From assembly GCA_963732865.1 (NCBI GenBank), contig CAVTBC010000003.1, positions 112,481 to 176,480 on the forward strand: 64,000 bases of DNA, given 5' to 3'. The notes under the pieces were generated by a model. The model saw only the letters and a program-made list of their open reading frames with translations. It was not told the origin of the DNA and searched no databases. Position numbers and translations under genes: made by a program. The DNA comes from an uncultured Alphaproteobacteria bacterium. Its GTDB lineage: Bacteria > Pseudomonadota > Alphaproteobacteria > Rhizobiales > Kaistiaceae. This document shows positions 43,182-52,671 of this stretch, in pieces (positions within the stretch are counted from its first letter, which is position 1; the number at the start of each line of letters is the position of its first letter).

Positions 43182-44222
43182 ATGACAGACGCCGCGCCTG
43201 CCAAAGGCCACCCATCAGCGCTCCCGACGCGGCCGCTCGGCCGCACCGGAATGGACATCACGCCGGTTGGCTTCGGGGCCTGGGCGATCGGCGGGGCCGG
43301 CTGGGCCGGCAGTTGGGGCGACCAGGACGACCGGGAATCGATCGCCGCGATCCGCCACGCGGTCGATCTCGGCATCAATTGGATCGACACGGCCGCCATC
43401 TACGGGCTCGGCCATTCGGAGGAAATCGTGCGCAAGGCGCTCGCTGACATCCCGGCCGAGGATCGCCCCTATGTGTTCACCAAGGGCGGCCTGGTGTGGG
43501 ACGAACACGACCGCGCGGCCGAGCCGCGCGAGGTCGGCGCGACGCAAAGCCTCCGCCACGAGGTCGAGGCTTCGCTCCGCCGGCTGGGCGTCGAGCGCAT
43601 CGATCTCTACCAGATGCACTGGCCGGCGAAGGACACGCCCCTCGAAGCCTATTGGCAGACCTTCCTCGACCTCAAGAAGGAGGGGAAGGTCCGCGCGGTT
43701 GGCCTATCCAACCACTCAGCCGAGCAACTCGCGGCGGCCGAAAGGCTGGGTCATGTCGACACGCTCCAGCCGCCCTTCTCGGCCATCCGCCGCGATGCCG
43801 CCAAGGCGGAACTGCCCTGGTGCCACGCGAATGCGACGGGCGTGATTGTCTACAGTCCGATGCAGGCGGGTCTCCTCACCGGCACCTTCACGGCCGAACG
43901 CGCGCTGGCGCTGCCACTGGGGGACTGGCGCTCGCGCAACGCCAATTTCACCGGCGCAAAACTGGAGCAGAATCTGCGGCTGGCAGACGCCATGCGGCCC
44001 GTCGCGGCGCGGCATGACGCATCGGTTGCAGTCGTGGCGGTCGCCTGGACGTTGGCTTGGCCGGGTGCAACCGGCGCGATTGTCGGCGCTCGCCATGCCG
44101 GTCAGGTGGACGGATGGATAGGCGCCGCAACGGTTCGGTTGACCGATGCCGACATGGCCGAGATCGCTGCGGTGCTCGATGCCACCGGCGCTGGCTCCGG
44201 GCCGACGATGCCCCCGGCCTGA
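43182..44222 (+). CDS. aldo/keto reductase
   Basis: 346 aa with AKR blocks ([37 protein letters not shown]). Confidence 0.9.
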   Translation: MTDAAPAKGHPSALPTRPLGRTGMDITPVGFGAWAIGGAGWAGSWGDQDDRESIAAIRHAVDLGINWIDTAAIYGLGHSEEIVRKALADIPAEDRPYVFTKGGLVWDEHDRAAEPREVGATQSLRHEVEASLRRLGVERIDLYQMHWPAKDTPLEAYWQTFLDLKKEGKVRAVGLSNHSAEQLAAAERLGHVDTLQPPFSAIRRDAAKAELPWCHANATGVIVYSPMQAGLLTGTFTAERALALPLGDWRSRNANFTGAKLEQNLRLADAMRPVAARHDASVAVVAVAWTLAWPGATGAIVGARHAGQVDGWIGAATVRLTDADMAEIAAVLDATGAGSGPTMPPA

Positions 44223-44253
44223 CGGCTTATCGCGACCCGCCCCGTCAGCGCGC

Positions 44254-44281
44254 TTGCCGCCGGGGCGGTCCTGCCTATAGT
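44254..44281 (+). promoter_or_regulatory. candidate sigma-70 promoter for tRNA-Ser
   Basis: TTGCCG-N16-TATAGT ends 19 nt before tRNA position 1. Confidence 0.35.
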
Positions 44282-44300
44282 GCGCCGCGCGAAAGCGAAC

Positions 44301-44390
44301 GGAGGGGTGGCCGAGTGGTCGAAGGCGCACGCCTGGAAAGTGTGTATACGGGAGACCGTATCGAGGGTTCGAATCCCTCTCCCTCCGCCA
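44301..44390 (+). tRNA. tRNA-Ser (anticodon GGA)
   Basis: 90 nt. Acceptor GGAGGGG/TCCCTCC. Anticodon stem CACGC/GTGTG with loop CTGGAAA. Long variable arm TATACGGGAGACCGTATC. T-arm GAGGG-TTCGAAT-CCCTC. Encoded CCA. Confidence 0.92.
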
Positions 44391-44463
44391 GTCCCCCTCG
44401 GGTCAATTGTCTCCGTGCAAGGATGAACGGCCAAAAGGCCCAGGTTTCGAGCGGGTCGCGCGC

Positions 44464-44541
44464 CGACCTGTTGACTGCGCCGCGCCGGACTTCGGCCCCA
44501 CGCCCTCTCTCCCCGCCCTTTTTCTCTCGACCTGTTGACTG
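44464..44541 (+). repeat. two copies of a 14-bp direct repeat, CGACCTGTTGACTG
   Basis: Exact copies at 44464-44477 and 44528-44541, 73-150 nt downstream of tRNA-Ser. Confidence 0.8.
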
Positions 44542-44860
44542 ACCCGGTTCCGGTACGGAGACCTAAGCTACTGATCGAATTGCCGAACTTCTCGGCCGCC
44601 TGCCAGCCGAATTGGAATCCCCGCCGCCCCTTGGAGCATGGAGAATGCGAACGCCGTCATTGATTTTCCTCGCGAGTTTCAAATCGGCCGCTTCGCAGGC
44701 GATGGGTGGGGTACGGCGCCGATGGCGGCAGGTCGGAAGTCTGTCTGTCAGAATACGGCCCTTAGCGTCGATGCGCGCGACTTCGACAGCGGCATACTCT
44801 GCCAATACTGCCGAGACGGCGGCGTTTTTTCGGCGTAAGCTATCAGGTCTGGAGGAGTTG

Positions 44861-45328
44861 ATGTCCGCTTCGAAATGCCGATTTGCGATTATGACCACGT
44901 GCCTGTTTGCCGGCACGGCCGCATTTGCGCTCTCGCCTTCAGCGCCCTCAAACTATGGCTCAGTTATCGTCTCCCGTGGTTTTGGATCTGTCGTGGTCTC
45001 GGTTTTTGCGGGCGGTACGACAAACGCCCAAGCTGACCTCCCGGGGAACAACTGCCCGGGGTACGTTTCAGATGCCCCCGACTACAAACTTACCTATGAG
45101 TCAGCGACCGGACCTTTCTCGGTAACCGTCGAGGCGACCGCGGATACAACTCTAATAATCAACGATCCTAATGGTAACTGGTTTTGCGATGACGATAGCG
45201 GCGGCGGCACAACTCCATTGATAACATTCGTATCTCCGCTTCAGGGCAGATACGATATTTGGGTAGGTACGTACTCACCGGGCGGAATCCAGCCAGCTAC
45301 ATTGCGAATATTGGATCTTCCCCGGTAG
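44861..45328 (+). CDS. hypothetical secreted protein (155 aa)
   Basis: ATG at 44861 directly after GGAGGAG. Signal peptide MSASKCRFAIMTTCLFAGTAAFA. The conserved-looking core is CPGYVSDAPDYKLTY...DTTLIINDPNGNWFCDDDSGGG...GRYDIWVGTY. Confidence 0.6.
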   Translation: MSASKCRFAIMTTCLFAGTAAFALSPSAPSNYGSVIVSRGFGSVVVSVFAGGTTNAQADLPGNNCPGYVSDAPDYKLTYESATGPFSVTVEATADTTLIINDPNGNWFCDDDSGGGTTPLITFVSPLQGRYDIWVGTYSPGGIQPATLRILDLPR

Positions 45329-45339
45329 CGAGTTTCTTT

Positions 45340-45614
45340 TGCTTCGCTGCGCTTGCCGCCCGCAAGGCTCAGGGGAAACAACTCGGCAATCGCACTAACA
45401 TCGGCGAGCCGGTGACTTGGGACGTCACACAGCCAAGGAAGGTGCCGCTCGGTTCGCAGCCAACGTTCTTCCGATCATCGCCTCTATCGAGGCGACGGGC
45501 ATAGCTACGCTTGCCGGAATTGCCGATGCCCTCAACGGCCGCGGTATCAGAACCGCTCGCGGCGGCAAATGGCACGTCTCGACCGTGATGAACCTGCTGA
45601 GGCGATCCGGGTAA
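45340..45614 (+). pseudogene. serine recombinase (resolvase) 3' remnant, 5'-truncated and frameshifted
   Basis: ALAARKAQGKQLGNRTNIGE in one frame continues in another frame as AARFAANVLPIIASIEATGIATLAGIADALNGRGIRTARGGKWHVSTVMNLL. This is the typical C-terminal HTH half of small serine recombinases. No catalytic N-terminus is present. Confidence 0.6.
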
Positions 45615-45877
45615 TCGATTCCTGCATTGCGCGTAATCGCAGACGTCCGCCATAAACAAACCTTCATCCGCGTTGAGTAGATCGCGCCACGTAGCGGAAG
45701 CACTTCCCTTTTTAGTCGGGAGTTACGAACGCCCGAAACCTCATGCTGAACTCCTCCTGAATTCTCGGATTCCCCGGCGGCTTAGCCTTCACTGCTGCGC
45801 AGGCGGATCGGCGTAAAAGGCATTGGCGCGCGCCCAATAAAGCAGCCGCACAACGTCACGAACGCCCATCTTGAAGC

Positions 45878-45902
45878 CACGTCAGCGGGACGCGCTGACG
45901 TG
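45878..45902 (-). terminator. hairpin downstream of the S74-domain gene
   Basis: CACGTCAGCG-GGACG-CGCTGACGTG, a 10-bp stem, 32 nt past the stop at 45934. There is no clear U-tract. Confidence 0.35.
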
Positions 45903-45933
45903 TTAGTCGAGATAAGTCCGGCAGCGACAAGAC

Positions 45934-46257
45934 TTATGTGTTCAGCCGCCACCAATCTTCCCAGGTCTGCAGCCCTAAACCGAGGGCCGCATAATCGACG
46001 CGAAGATACCCATCGCGACCTTGGATGACGGCGTCAGGCCTCACTTGCAGGAGGTCCTGCGCCATGACGCCGACAAATTGCTGGTCGCTCCAGAGATATC
46101 GGTAGCGATAGAGGTCGATGCCTCCGTCGAGTTCGTCGACTTTAGCGATGCTGCGCTTCAAGCGGCGGTCCGACACGGTATGCACGCAACCTGCACCGAC
46201 GAGAAATGGGAGGGCGGCGACCGCCACCCAGGGAATCCACCTGCTGAGCTTTGTCAT
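45934..46257 (-). CDS. stand-alone peptidase-S74 (tail-fibre intramolecular chaperone) domain lipoprotein
   Basis: 107 aa. Lipobox-like LVGAGC is followed immediately by SDRRLKRSI....YRYRYL....VGVMAQDL....PDAV...DGYLRVDY, the S74 auto-processing chaperone signature. Confidence 0.62.
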   Translation of the reverse strand: MTKLSRWIPWVAVAALPFLVGAGCVHTVSDRRLKRSIAKVDELDGGIDLYRYRYLWSDQQFVGVMAQDLLQVRPDAVIQGRDGYLRVDYAALGLGLQTWEDWWRLNT

Positions 46258-46487
46258 CTTGACCTCGCTGCTTAACCTCGCTGCATGAAAAGATAGTCAC
46301 CTTACGCCGCGTTCGGCGGCCATGGAACCGTTCCGAACCCATATTGCGCTACAGCCACAAGCTACCGGTGAGGCGCCTCGCTCATGACGCGCCGCCTGCC
46401 ATCAGGCATTCGCCTACGATACAGTGGCGAGGGAGTGAGAAACAGAACTCTGATCGCAGAACAGCGCGCCACCTTCTTCCCTGATCC

Positions 46488-46602
46488 GCTTGCCGGTATT
46501 GCCGACGCCCTCAATCGCCGCGGCATCAGAACCGCTCGCGGCGGACGATGGCACGTCTTGACGGTCCGGAACGTCGTCGCCCGCACGCCCTCCTCCTCCT
46601 GA
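46488..46602 (+). pseudogene. second serine-recombinase 3' remnant
   Basis: LAGIADALNRRGIRTARGGRWHVLTVRNVV. Positions 46488-46562 are about 85% identical at the nucleotide level (by eye) to 45509-45583. Confidence 0.5.
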
Positions 46603-47223
46603 TCAAATCCCCTCGATGATCTCAGACCGAAGGGGCGGGCCCCATTCGCCGCTCCCGCCTGTTGGCAATTCCCGGCTCGGGTACAGGCCCAGCTTCTGCT
46701 GGTACCATTCCCGGGGGCGCGCCATGTCGGCGACGGGTATGGTCGTATGCGCGCGACAGTCAGACAATATCGTCGATGCCCTCCCTCTACGTCCCCGAAA
46801 ATCGACCGAGACAGCACGACTGCGGGTAGATGATATTTACGTCGCGATGTGCGGGTGGAACTCACTCGCTGTTTGAACTGAATCCCGAGTTAAATTTCGC
46901 CTTGTGTCCCCTGCTCCCAAGTCAGCACTACAACAGCCGATGCCGACACTCAGCCTCGCATCGGCACGATGCCCCGGAGAAGGTGATCCATCAGGTCTTC
47001 GAGCCCGCCCGCTGGACGAGGTCGTTGCGAACCCGCGTGAGCGGGGAAGCGGGCGCTGGCGCGACTTACCGCCAGGGGGCTGAACTCCCTCGTTTCAAAA
47101 CCGCCTCCCTATTGCTTCGGGCCATAGCAGGGTTAAACTCTTGAATATTCACTGACGCGGCCGTTATCCGCGCTTGCACGAGTTCTGTTGCGTGTGCGTT
47201 TCAATCGAAACGGAGACACGATC

Positions 47224-47625
47224 ATGGAACCCTGGATCTCAGTCAATTGGACCGCAGTAATCGTGGCCGCGATCGTCAGAATCGTGGCTGGGGCGGCCTG
47301 GTATGCGCCGCCGGTCTTCGGCAGACGTTGGGAACAGACAGGCGGCATGGACGAAGGCGCCACGCGAATGCCTTGGGCGATTGGCGTTCAGGCCGTTGGC
47401 AGTTTCGTCATGGCCTACATTCTGGCCCAAGCCGTCGGCCATTTCGGCGTTGCGGATGTCTGGTCCGGAGCGCTGGTCGGCGCCATTATCTGGGTAGGCT
47501 TTGTCGCCACTATTATGCTTCCCGGGATACTATTCGAAAAGCGATCGATGGAATTCTTTCTCATCTACGCCGGCTACCAACTAGTCACCCTTGCCGCGAT
47601 GGGTGCGATCATCTCGGGATTCTGA
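47224..47625 (+). CDS. DUF1761 domain-containing membrane protein
   Basis: ATG at 47224 with GGAGA upstream. The pattern NWTAVIVAAIVRIVAGAAWYAPPVFGRRW and four TM helices are typical of DUF1761. Confidence 0.72.
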   Translation: MEPWISVNWTAVIVAAIVRIVAGAAWYAPPVFGRRWEQTGGMDEGATRMPWAIGVQAVGSFVMAYILAQAVGHFGVADVWSGALVGAIIWVGFVATIMLPGILFEKRSMEFFLIYAGYQLVTLAAMGAIISGF

Positions 47626-47887
47626 AAGGAGGACTGTTGCGGCCGCGAGCGTCGGGTTGCAGCCAATCATCGCGGCCCCACTGCACTGCCTGCTGGCAGA
47701 CCGCTATCCGGGACACCATCGACGTTCTTGCTCAAATCGCCGCGTTCGCGCAGCTTTCGCGCGGGCAGAGGGCGCCTGGCGAAATTTCTCGGCCTCGAGT
47801 TCCGGGCCGATGTCGATCTTACCGACGCCTAGAGGCCGATTCTCGCATCGATTGACGGTGTGCCGACGGTGTAAGGAACAGAACTAG

Positions 47888-48175
47888 ATGCAACAGCTGC
47901 TCCGTCATCCCACGGCCTGGGTGCCGATTGTCCTGTCCCTGGCTGTACTCGGCATGATGGCTGCTGTCCTCGCGGCTACGGGCGTTGATCGCGGCGCTGA
48001 CGAAGGCACCCCGGCCCACATCTTTCAGCTCTGGATGCTTCTGGAGAGCGTCGGCGTGGCAAACTTTGCCGCGCGGTGGCTGCCGCGAGAGCTCGACGGC
48101 GCTGTCAAGATCCTTGCGCTTCAGGTCGGCATCGCGCTCCTGCCGATCGGGATCGTCATCGCGTTGGGCCTCTAG
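47888..48175 (+). CDS. hypothetical small membrane protein (95 aa, 3 predicted TM)
   Basis: Hydrophobic helices (WVPIVLSLAVLGMMAAVLAA, IFQLWMLLESVGVANFAA, LALQVGIALLPIGIVIALGL). No family recognised. Confidence 0.45.
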   Translation: MQQLLRHPTAWVPIVLSLAVLGMMAAVLAATGVDRGADEGTPAHIFQLWMLLESVGVANFAARWLPRELDGAVKILALQVGIALLPIGIVIALGL

Positions 48176-48516
48176 GCCGCCTGGCGGGATCCTCGCGGAA
48201 ACCGAGCAAATGGAGAGGATCGCCGACTCACCGAGGTTGGGACCGGCAACGGATCGACCGCGCTCGATCGTAAGACCGCGTCTGCCGCCCTTGCGGCGGC
48301 CAATATGCTCCGTCCGGTCGTTGTAGCGAAGCTCGATCGGCTTTCCCGCGATGTCGCGTTTATCGCGAACCTGACGGCGCAATGAGCGCGTTTCGCACCC
48401 GGGTCGTGTGGAGGCAGCACGCCGACCCAACGTGACTCCATTCGACGCACATCCTATAGCATGGCCGGGGAAGGTCGGCCCCCAAATCGCGGGCAAGGCT
48501 TACAGTCGGGAGGCGT

Positions 48517-49386
48517 ATGGCTAGTCAGGTGATTGCAGCGCGGGAGGGACGCGATCCGGCCGCGGGAGGCGCCGCCACGCAAACAGCCGTCGGGTCGCGG
48601 GCGCGCAAACGCAGAGCCCGGGAACGGACCTTCGTTTCGCTGATGCGGGTCGCGGTCGTCATCCTGCTGATTGCGGCCATGTACATCCTGAACGCGACTT
48701 CCGGCAACCTGACCATGCCGAGCCCTTCCGACGTGTTCGATGAGAGCCGGAAGATGTGGACGGACGGCACCATGCTCCGCGGACTCGGCCAGACGCTTAC
48801 CGTGCTTAGTCTTGGCTTCCTCCTGGCCGCCACAACCGGGATTCTCGGCGGCATTATGATCGGCGGGTTCCGCATGATCGGACGCATCCTTGATCCCTTC
48901 GTCAACGCTATAAACTCAACTCCCGGAGCGGCCTTTATCCCGCTCATCATCGTATGGTTTGGCCTATACACCGAAGCCAAGGTTGTGGTGGTCTGGAACG
49001 CGGCCATGTTTCCGATTTTGATCAGCACCGCCGCCGGAATCGACCACGGCGACAACGACCTCACGGAGATGGGGCGGTCGTTCGGTGCCTCACGACTGCG
49101 CCTGTTCTGGCAGATCTTGCTGCCAAACGCCGTGCCTTCGATCCTCAGTGGCCTGCGCATCGGCGCCGCCGTCGCAGTCGTGGGAACCGTCGTCTCGGAA
49201 CTCTACATGGCGCAGTCTGGACTAGGGGGAATGCTCGCCGCCGCCGGCAACCGGTTCCAGATGGACCGGTATTTCGCTGTTGTAATCGTACTGATGATTC
49301 TCGGCACACTCATCACGGCCACGCTTCGTTTCGCTGAAAGCCGCCTCGCCCGATGGCGGGCGGCCTTGCGCGAGGCGAACCGTTGA
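48517..49386 (+). CDS. ABC transporter permease (NitT/TauT nitrate/sulfonate/bicarbonate family)
   Basis: Six TM segments and the EAA-like loop (DLTEMGRSFGASRLRLFWQILLPNAVP). Confidence 0.85.
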   Translation: MASQVIAAREGRDPAAGGAATQTAVGSRARKRRARERTFVSLMRVAVVILLIAAMYILNATSGNLTMPSPSDVFDESRKMWTDGTMLRGLGQTLTVLSLGFLLAATTGILGGIMIGGFRMIGRILDPFVNAINSTPGAAFIPLIIVWFGLYTEAKVVVVWNAAMFPILISTAAGIDHGDNDLTEMGRSFGASRLRLFWQILLPNAVPSILSGLRIGAAVAVVGTVVSELYMAQSGLGGMLAAAGNRFQMDRYFAVVIVLMILGTLITATLRFAESRLARWRAALREANR

Positions 49387-50231
49387 TGAGTCAAAATCGA
49401 ACGGAACAGATCAAGGCGAATGCCGATCCGATCATCTCGCTCCGACATGTCGGAAAGGCGTTCAAAGACGGCCAAGTCCAGGCGCTGGAGGACATTACCT
49501 TCGACGTCAACCAGGGTGAGTTCATCAGCTTGGTCGGCCCAAGCGGTTGCGGCAAGACAACGCTGCTTCGCATCATCGACGGGCTGATCGGCGTCGACGA
49601 AGGCGAAGTGCTGGTTGCGGGCCAGCGGCCTCGCCCCGGTCCGGACCTTGCAATGGTCTTCCAGTCCGCCCGGCTGATGCCTTGGCGTACTGTCGTCGGA
49701 AATATCGAGTTCGCTCTCCACGGCATCGAACGCCGTGACCGTCGCGACCGAGCGATGGCGTTGCTCGGATCCGTCGGGTTGCGTGAGTTCGCTCATGCCT
49801 ACCCACACGAGTTGTCGGGAGGCATGCAGCAGCGCGTGGGTCTCGCCCGCGCCCTCGCAGTCGAGCCGAAGGTGCTGCTGATGGACGAACCGTTCGCCGC
49901 TTTGGACGCTATGACCCGCGAGGTGCTACGGCGCGAGTTGCTGCAACTGTGGTCGCGGCGGCGAATAGCGGTCGTGTTCGTGACTCACGACATCGATGAG
50001 GCTATCCTCTTGTCACAGCGCGTTGTCCTGCTCCGACCGCGGCCGGGCCGCGTCGATGAAATCGTCGATGTTCAACTGCCCGAACCGCGTTGGGAAAACG
50101 ATCCTCGAGCCCTGCCAGCTTTCATCGGGTTACGCGAGCATTTGTGGCAGCGGATCAGGGATATGGTCCGGGACGGGACCGAACTCGAAGAACTAGCGGG
50201 CATCTTCACCGACGCGATTCCGCAAGCCTAA
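49386..50231 (+). CDS. ABC transporter ATP-binding protein (NitT/TauT family)
   Basis: Walker A GPSGCGKTT, signature LSGGMQQRV and Walker B LLMDEPF. The start overlaps the permease stop (TGATG). Confidence 0.9.
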   Translation: MSQNRTEQIKANADPIISLRHVGKAFKDGQVQALEDITFDVNQGEFISLVGPSGCGKTTLLRIIDGLIGVDEGEVLVAGQRPRPGPDLAMVFQSARLMPWRTVVGNIEFALHGIERRDRRDRAMALLGSVGLREFAHAYPHELSGGMQQRVGLARALAVEPKVLLMDEPFAALDAMTREVLRRELLQLWSRRRIAVVFVTHDIDEAILLSQRVVLLRPRPGRVDEIVDVQLPEPRWENDPRALPAFIGLREHLWQRIRDMVRDGTELEELAGIFTDAIPQA

Positions 50232-50391
50232 GCGCGCATTCCATGGCGCAACCGATGCAGGCGGGCATTGGCTGAAATCTCAACCCGCCCCTCTTGCCCT
50301 TTCGACCGATGGCATGCGAAATGGCTCCGAGCATAGTGGAGCATGGAGGAACCCGCGGGCGAAGCCGGTTATGAGCGTCGACCGACGAATT

Positions 50392-50399
50392 GGGGGGGG
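50392..50399. repeat. G8 homopolymer in the ribosome-binding region of the SBP gene
   Basis: TTGGGGGGGGAAGCTATG. The run ends 5 nt before the ATG at 50405. Confidence 0.9.
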
Positions 50400-50404
50400 A
50401 AGCT

Positions 50405-51472
50405 ATGTCTACCGAACAAATGACGCGCTGGCGGTCGATCGCGGGGGCGACGGCCGCAATTTTTTCGACTGTTTTACTGTTCGCCGGGCCGGTTGAAAGC
50501 CAGCCGGCTCCCGCGGACATGCTCGAACTTCGCCTCGCCGTGGCCGATCCAAATGTGAACCCGGTGACTGACTCGATCTTGAAGCTTGCCAATTCGATGG
50601 GATACTACGCCGCCCACGGCGTCCACGTTACCATCGTCGCGCTTGAGGGTACGCCGCAGGCGGTCGCGGCTCTGAACGCTGGCGACGTGGACCTCGCCGA
50701 CATTGCGATCAACTCAGCGTTACGCCTTCGGTCCTCTAACGGCGTTGCCTTGCGCGGAGTTGTGTCCGCGACCCTTGGTCCTCCCTATCTGATCGCTGCT
50801 CAAGCAGACATAACTGGAATCCAGGATCTCGTCGGCAGGTCATTCGCCATCGCTGACAACAATAGTCTGGACCACAACCTCACGCGTGCCGTGTTGGGGA
50901 CCCTCGGCATCGATCCCGACGGCCCGCAATATGTCGCCATCGGCGCGCCTTCCGTTCGCGTGCAGGCGCTCGCTGCCGGCCGCGTCGATGCCACAACGGT
51001 ATCCTACGGCACGTTCCTCACTGTCGCCGACACCCCCGGCCTGCACATCATTGTGCCTCCTGAGACCTTCTTCGAGGCGGCTCCGGTGCAGTCGAAATTC
51101 GTTGTCGCTCTGGAGACAACCATCAGCGAGCAGCACGAGGCCATACAGCGCTTCGTCGATGCGCTCGTCGACCTGTCCCGGCACTTCGACGCCGATCCAG
51201 CCGCGTGGGTCGCGGCAATGATCCCGGCCCGCCCCGACCTGACGCAGGCGCAGCTGGAGGCGACTGTGGGGACCCTCGCCGGCCGCTGGTGCGTGAACGG
51301 GTGCATCAATGTCGACTATATCCAAGGCACCGTCGACTTCATCTATCGCGGAGCCGATTTCGGCGATGTACCCGTCATCGCGGCCGCGGACGTGACCGAC
51401 AAGTCGTTCGTTCTGAACGCCATTCAGAACCTCGGCCCCTACGTCGGAGGCGGCATCGACGCTCGACAATAG
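50405..51472 (+). CDS. ABC transporter substrate-binding protein (NMT1/THI5-like, NitT/TauT family)
   Basis: Signal peptide (...LLFAGPVESQPA). Part of the permease-ATPase-SBP operon. Confidence 0.78.
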   Translation: MSTEQMTRWRSIAGATAAIFSTVLLFAGPVESQPAPADMLELRLAVADPNVNPVTDSILKLANSMGYYAAHGVHVTIVALEGTPQAVAALNAGDVDLADIAINSALRLRSSNGVALRGVVSATLGPPYLIAAQADITGIQDLVGRSFAIADNNSLDHNLTRAVLGTLGIDPDGPQYVAIGAPSVRVQALAAGRVDATTVSYGTFLTVADTPGLHIIVPPETFFEAAPVQSKFVVALETTISEQHEAIQRFVDALVDLSRHFDADPAAWVAAMIPARPDLTQAQLEATVGTLAGRWCVNGCINVDYIQGTVDFIYRGADFGDVPVIAAADVTDKSFVLNAIQNLGPYVGGGIDARQ

Positions 51473-51486
51473 GGTGCTGTGCGTGA

Positions 51487-52671
51487 ATGCAGGCGATCAG
51501 TAACCGCACGGCGATAACGGGCATCGGCTGGACCGCGTTTACGCGGTCCGCCGATCGGTCGGTTCTCGCTCTCGCCACCGAAGCGAGTCTCAATGCTATA
51601 GACGATGCGGGGCTGAACGCCGGCGACATCGACGGTGTGGTGACGTTCTTTCACAATCAGGACACGATTGCTCCTCGTCAGCTAGTCCAGGCACTCCGCC
51701 TGGAAGACTGTAGCTTCCAGGTCATGAGCGCACTTGGCGGCGGATGGGCATGTGGCGCCGTCGCCACAGCCGCCATGGCAATTCACGCAGGGATATGCCG
51801 CAACGTCCTTGTATTCAGGGCGATGCGCGGACGTAGTGAAAGCAACCGTCCGGCTCGCATCGCGCCCAGCGAGGAGCAGTGGTCCCGGCCGTTCGGCATT
51901 TCCCACGCCGCCGCGCGATTTGGACCTCATGTCACCGCGCACATGGCCCGCTGGGGTTCAACTCCGCTGGATTTCGGCCACCTTGCCGTCACGCAGCGCA
52001 AGCATGCGCGGCTAAACCGGAAGTCGATGATGACCGACCCGATGACCATCGACGATCACCAAGCCTCGCCTTGGATCATCTACCCCTTCCGCCTCTTGGA
52101 CTGCTGCATCCGCAGCGACGGCGCTGTCGCGGTCGTCGTTTCCGCCGCCGATGGCGCGCAAGACGCGCGACACGGCCCCATTTATATCCGCTCTATGATG
52201 GGCGGCACGCTGGGACATCAGCACGGCACGCTCCATGCGGCTGGATTGTGGGAGCTGAATGCCCATCATGCTGCAACCAAGCTTTACGCCGGCGCCGATT
52301 TGACCGCGGAGGACATTGACCTCGCCGAGCTTTATGACCCCTTCACGGGCATTTGCCTTATGCACATTGAAGGCTTCGGACTTGCCGGTCCCGGGGAAGC
52401 CGGACTGCGCATTCGCGCGGGCGACACTGGTCTTGAGGGGCCTATCCCCATCAATACGCATGGAGGCCTGCTATCTGAGGCCTACATGCATGGACTGGGA
52501 CACGTCATCGAGGCGGTACAACAGCTTCGGCCGGGCGGCGTCGTCGATGACTTCTGTGACGGTCCGCACGACTATGACCGTACTCATTGCCGGCAAGTTC
52601 GTGACGCCGAAGTCGCTCTTGTTTGCAGCGAGTGCGGCGATAGTTCGCTGATCCTCGCCGCGGCCCGATGA
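51487..52671 (+). CDS. thiolase-like (SCP-x / lipid-transfer-type) protein
   Basis: 394 aa with a thiolase-fold C-terminus (INTHGGLLSEAYMHGLGHVIEAVQQLR). It pairs with a DUF35 gene through an ATGA overlap. Confidence 0.83.
   Translation: MQAISNRTAITGIGWTAFTRSADRSVLALATEASLNAIDDAGLNAGDIDGVVTFFHNQDTIAPRQLVQALRLEDCSFQVMSALGGGWACGAVATAAMAIHAGICRNVLVFRAMRGRSESNRPARIAPSEEQWSRPFGISHAAARFGPHVTAHMARWGSTPLDFGHLAVTQRKHARLNRKSMMTDPMTIDDHQASPWIIYPFRLLDCCIRSDGAVAVVVSAADGAQDARHGPIYIRSMMGGTLGHQHGTLHAAGLWELNAHHAATKLYAGADLTAEDIDLAELYDPFTGICLMHIEGFGLAGPGEAGLRIRAGDTGLEGPIPINTHGGLLSEAYMHGLGHVIEAVQQLRPGGVVDDFCDGPHDYDRTHCRQVRDAEVALVCSECGDSSLILAAAR

Noticed and set aside
44563-44916. ORFs 44563-44916(-) and 44638-44838(+) in the tRNA-proximal spacer
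   Set aside because: They have no RBS and no recognisable motifs. They overlap each other and the well-supported start at 44861.
46603-46725. 40-codon minus-strand ORF (MARPREWYQQKLGLYPSRELPTGG...) resembling the N-terminus of a VOC/glyoxalase protein
   Set aside because: It is too short and the similarity is only impressionistic. At best it is another gene fragment, so I did not annotate it as a feature.
47819-48496. 225-aa minus-strand ORF considered as an integrase or transposase remnant at the island edge
   Set aside because: Half of it is antisense to the 47888-48175 membrane-protein ORF. The rest (…RQVRDKRDIAGKPIELRYNDRTEHIG…) matches no recombinase, transposase or regulator motif I can name. 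I treat it as non-coding leader DNA of the ABC operon.
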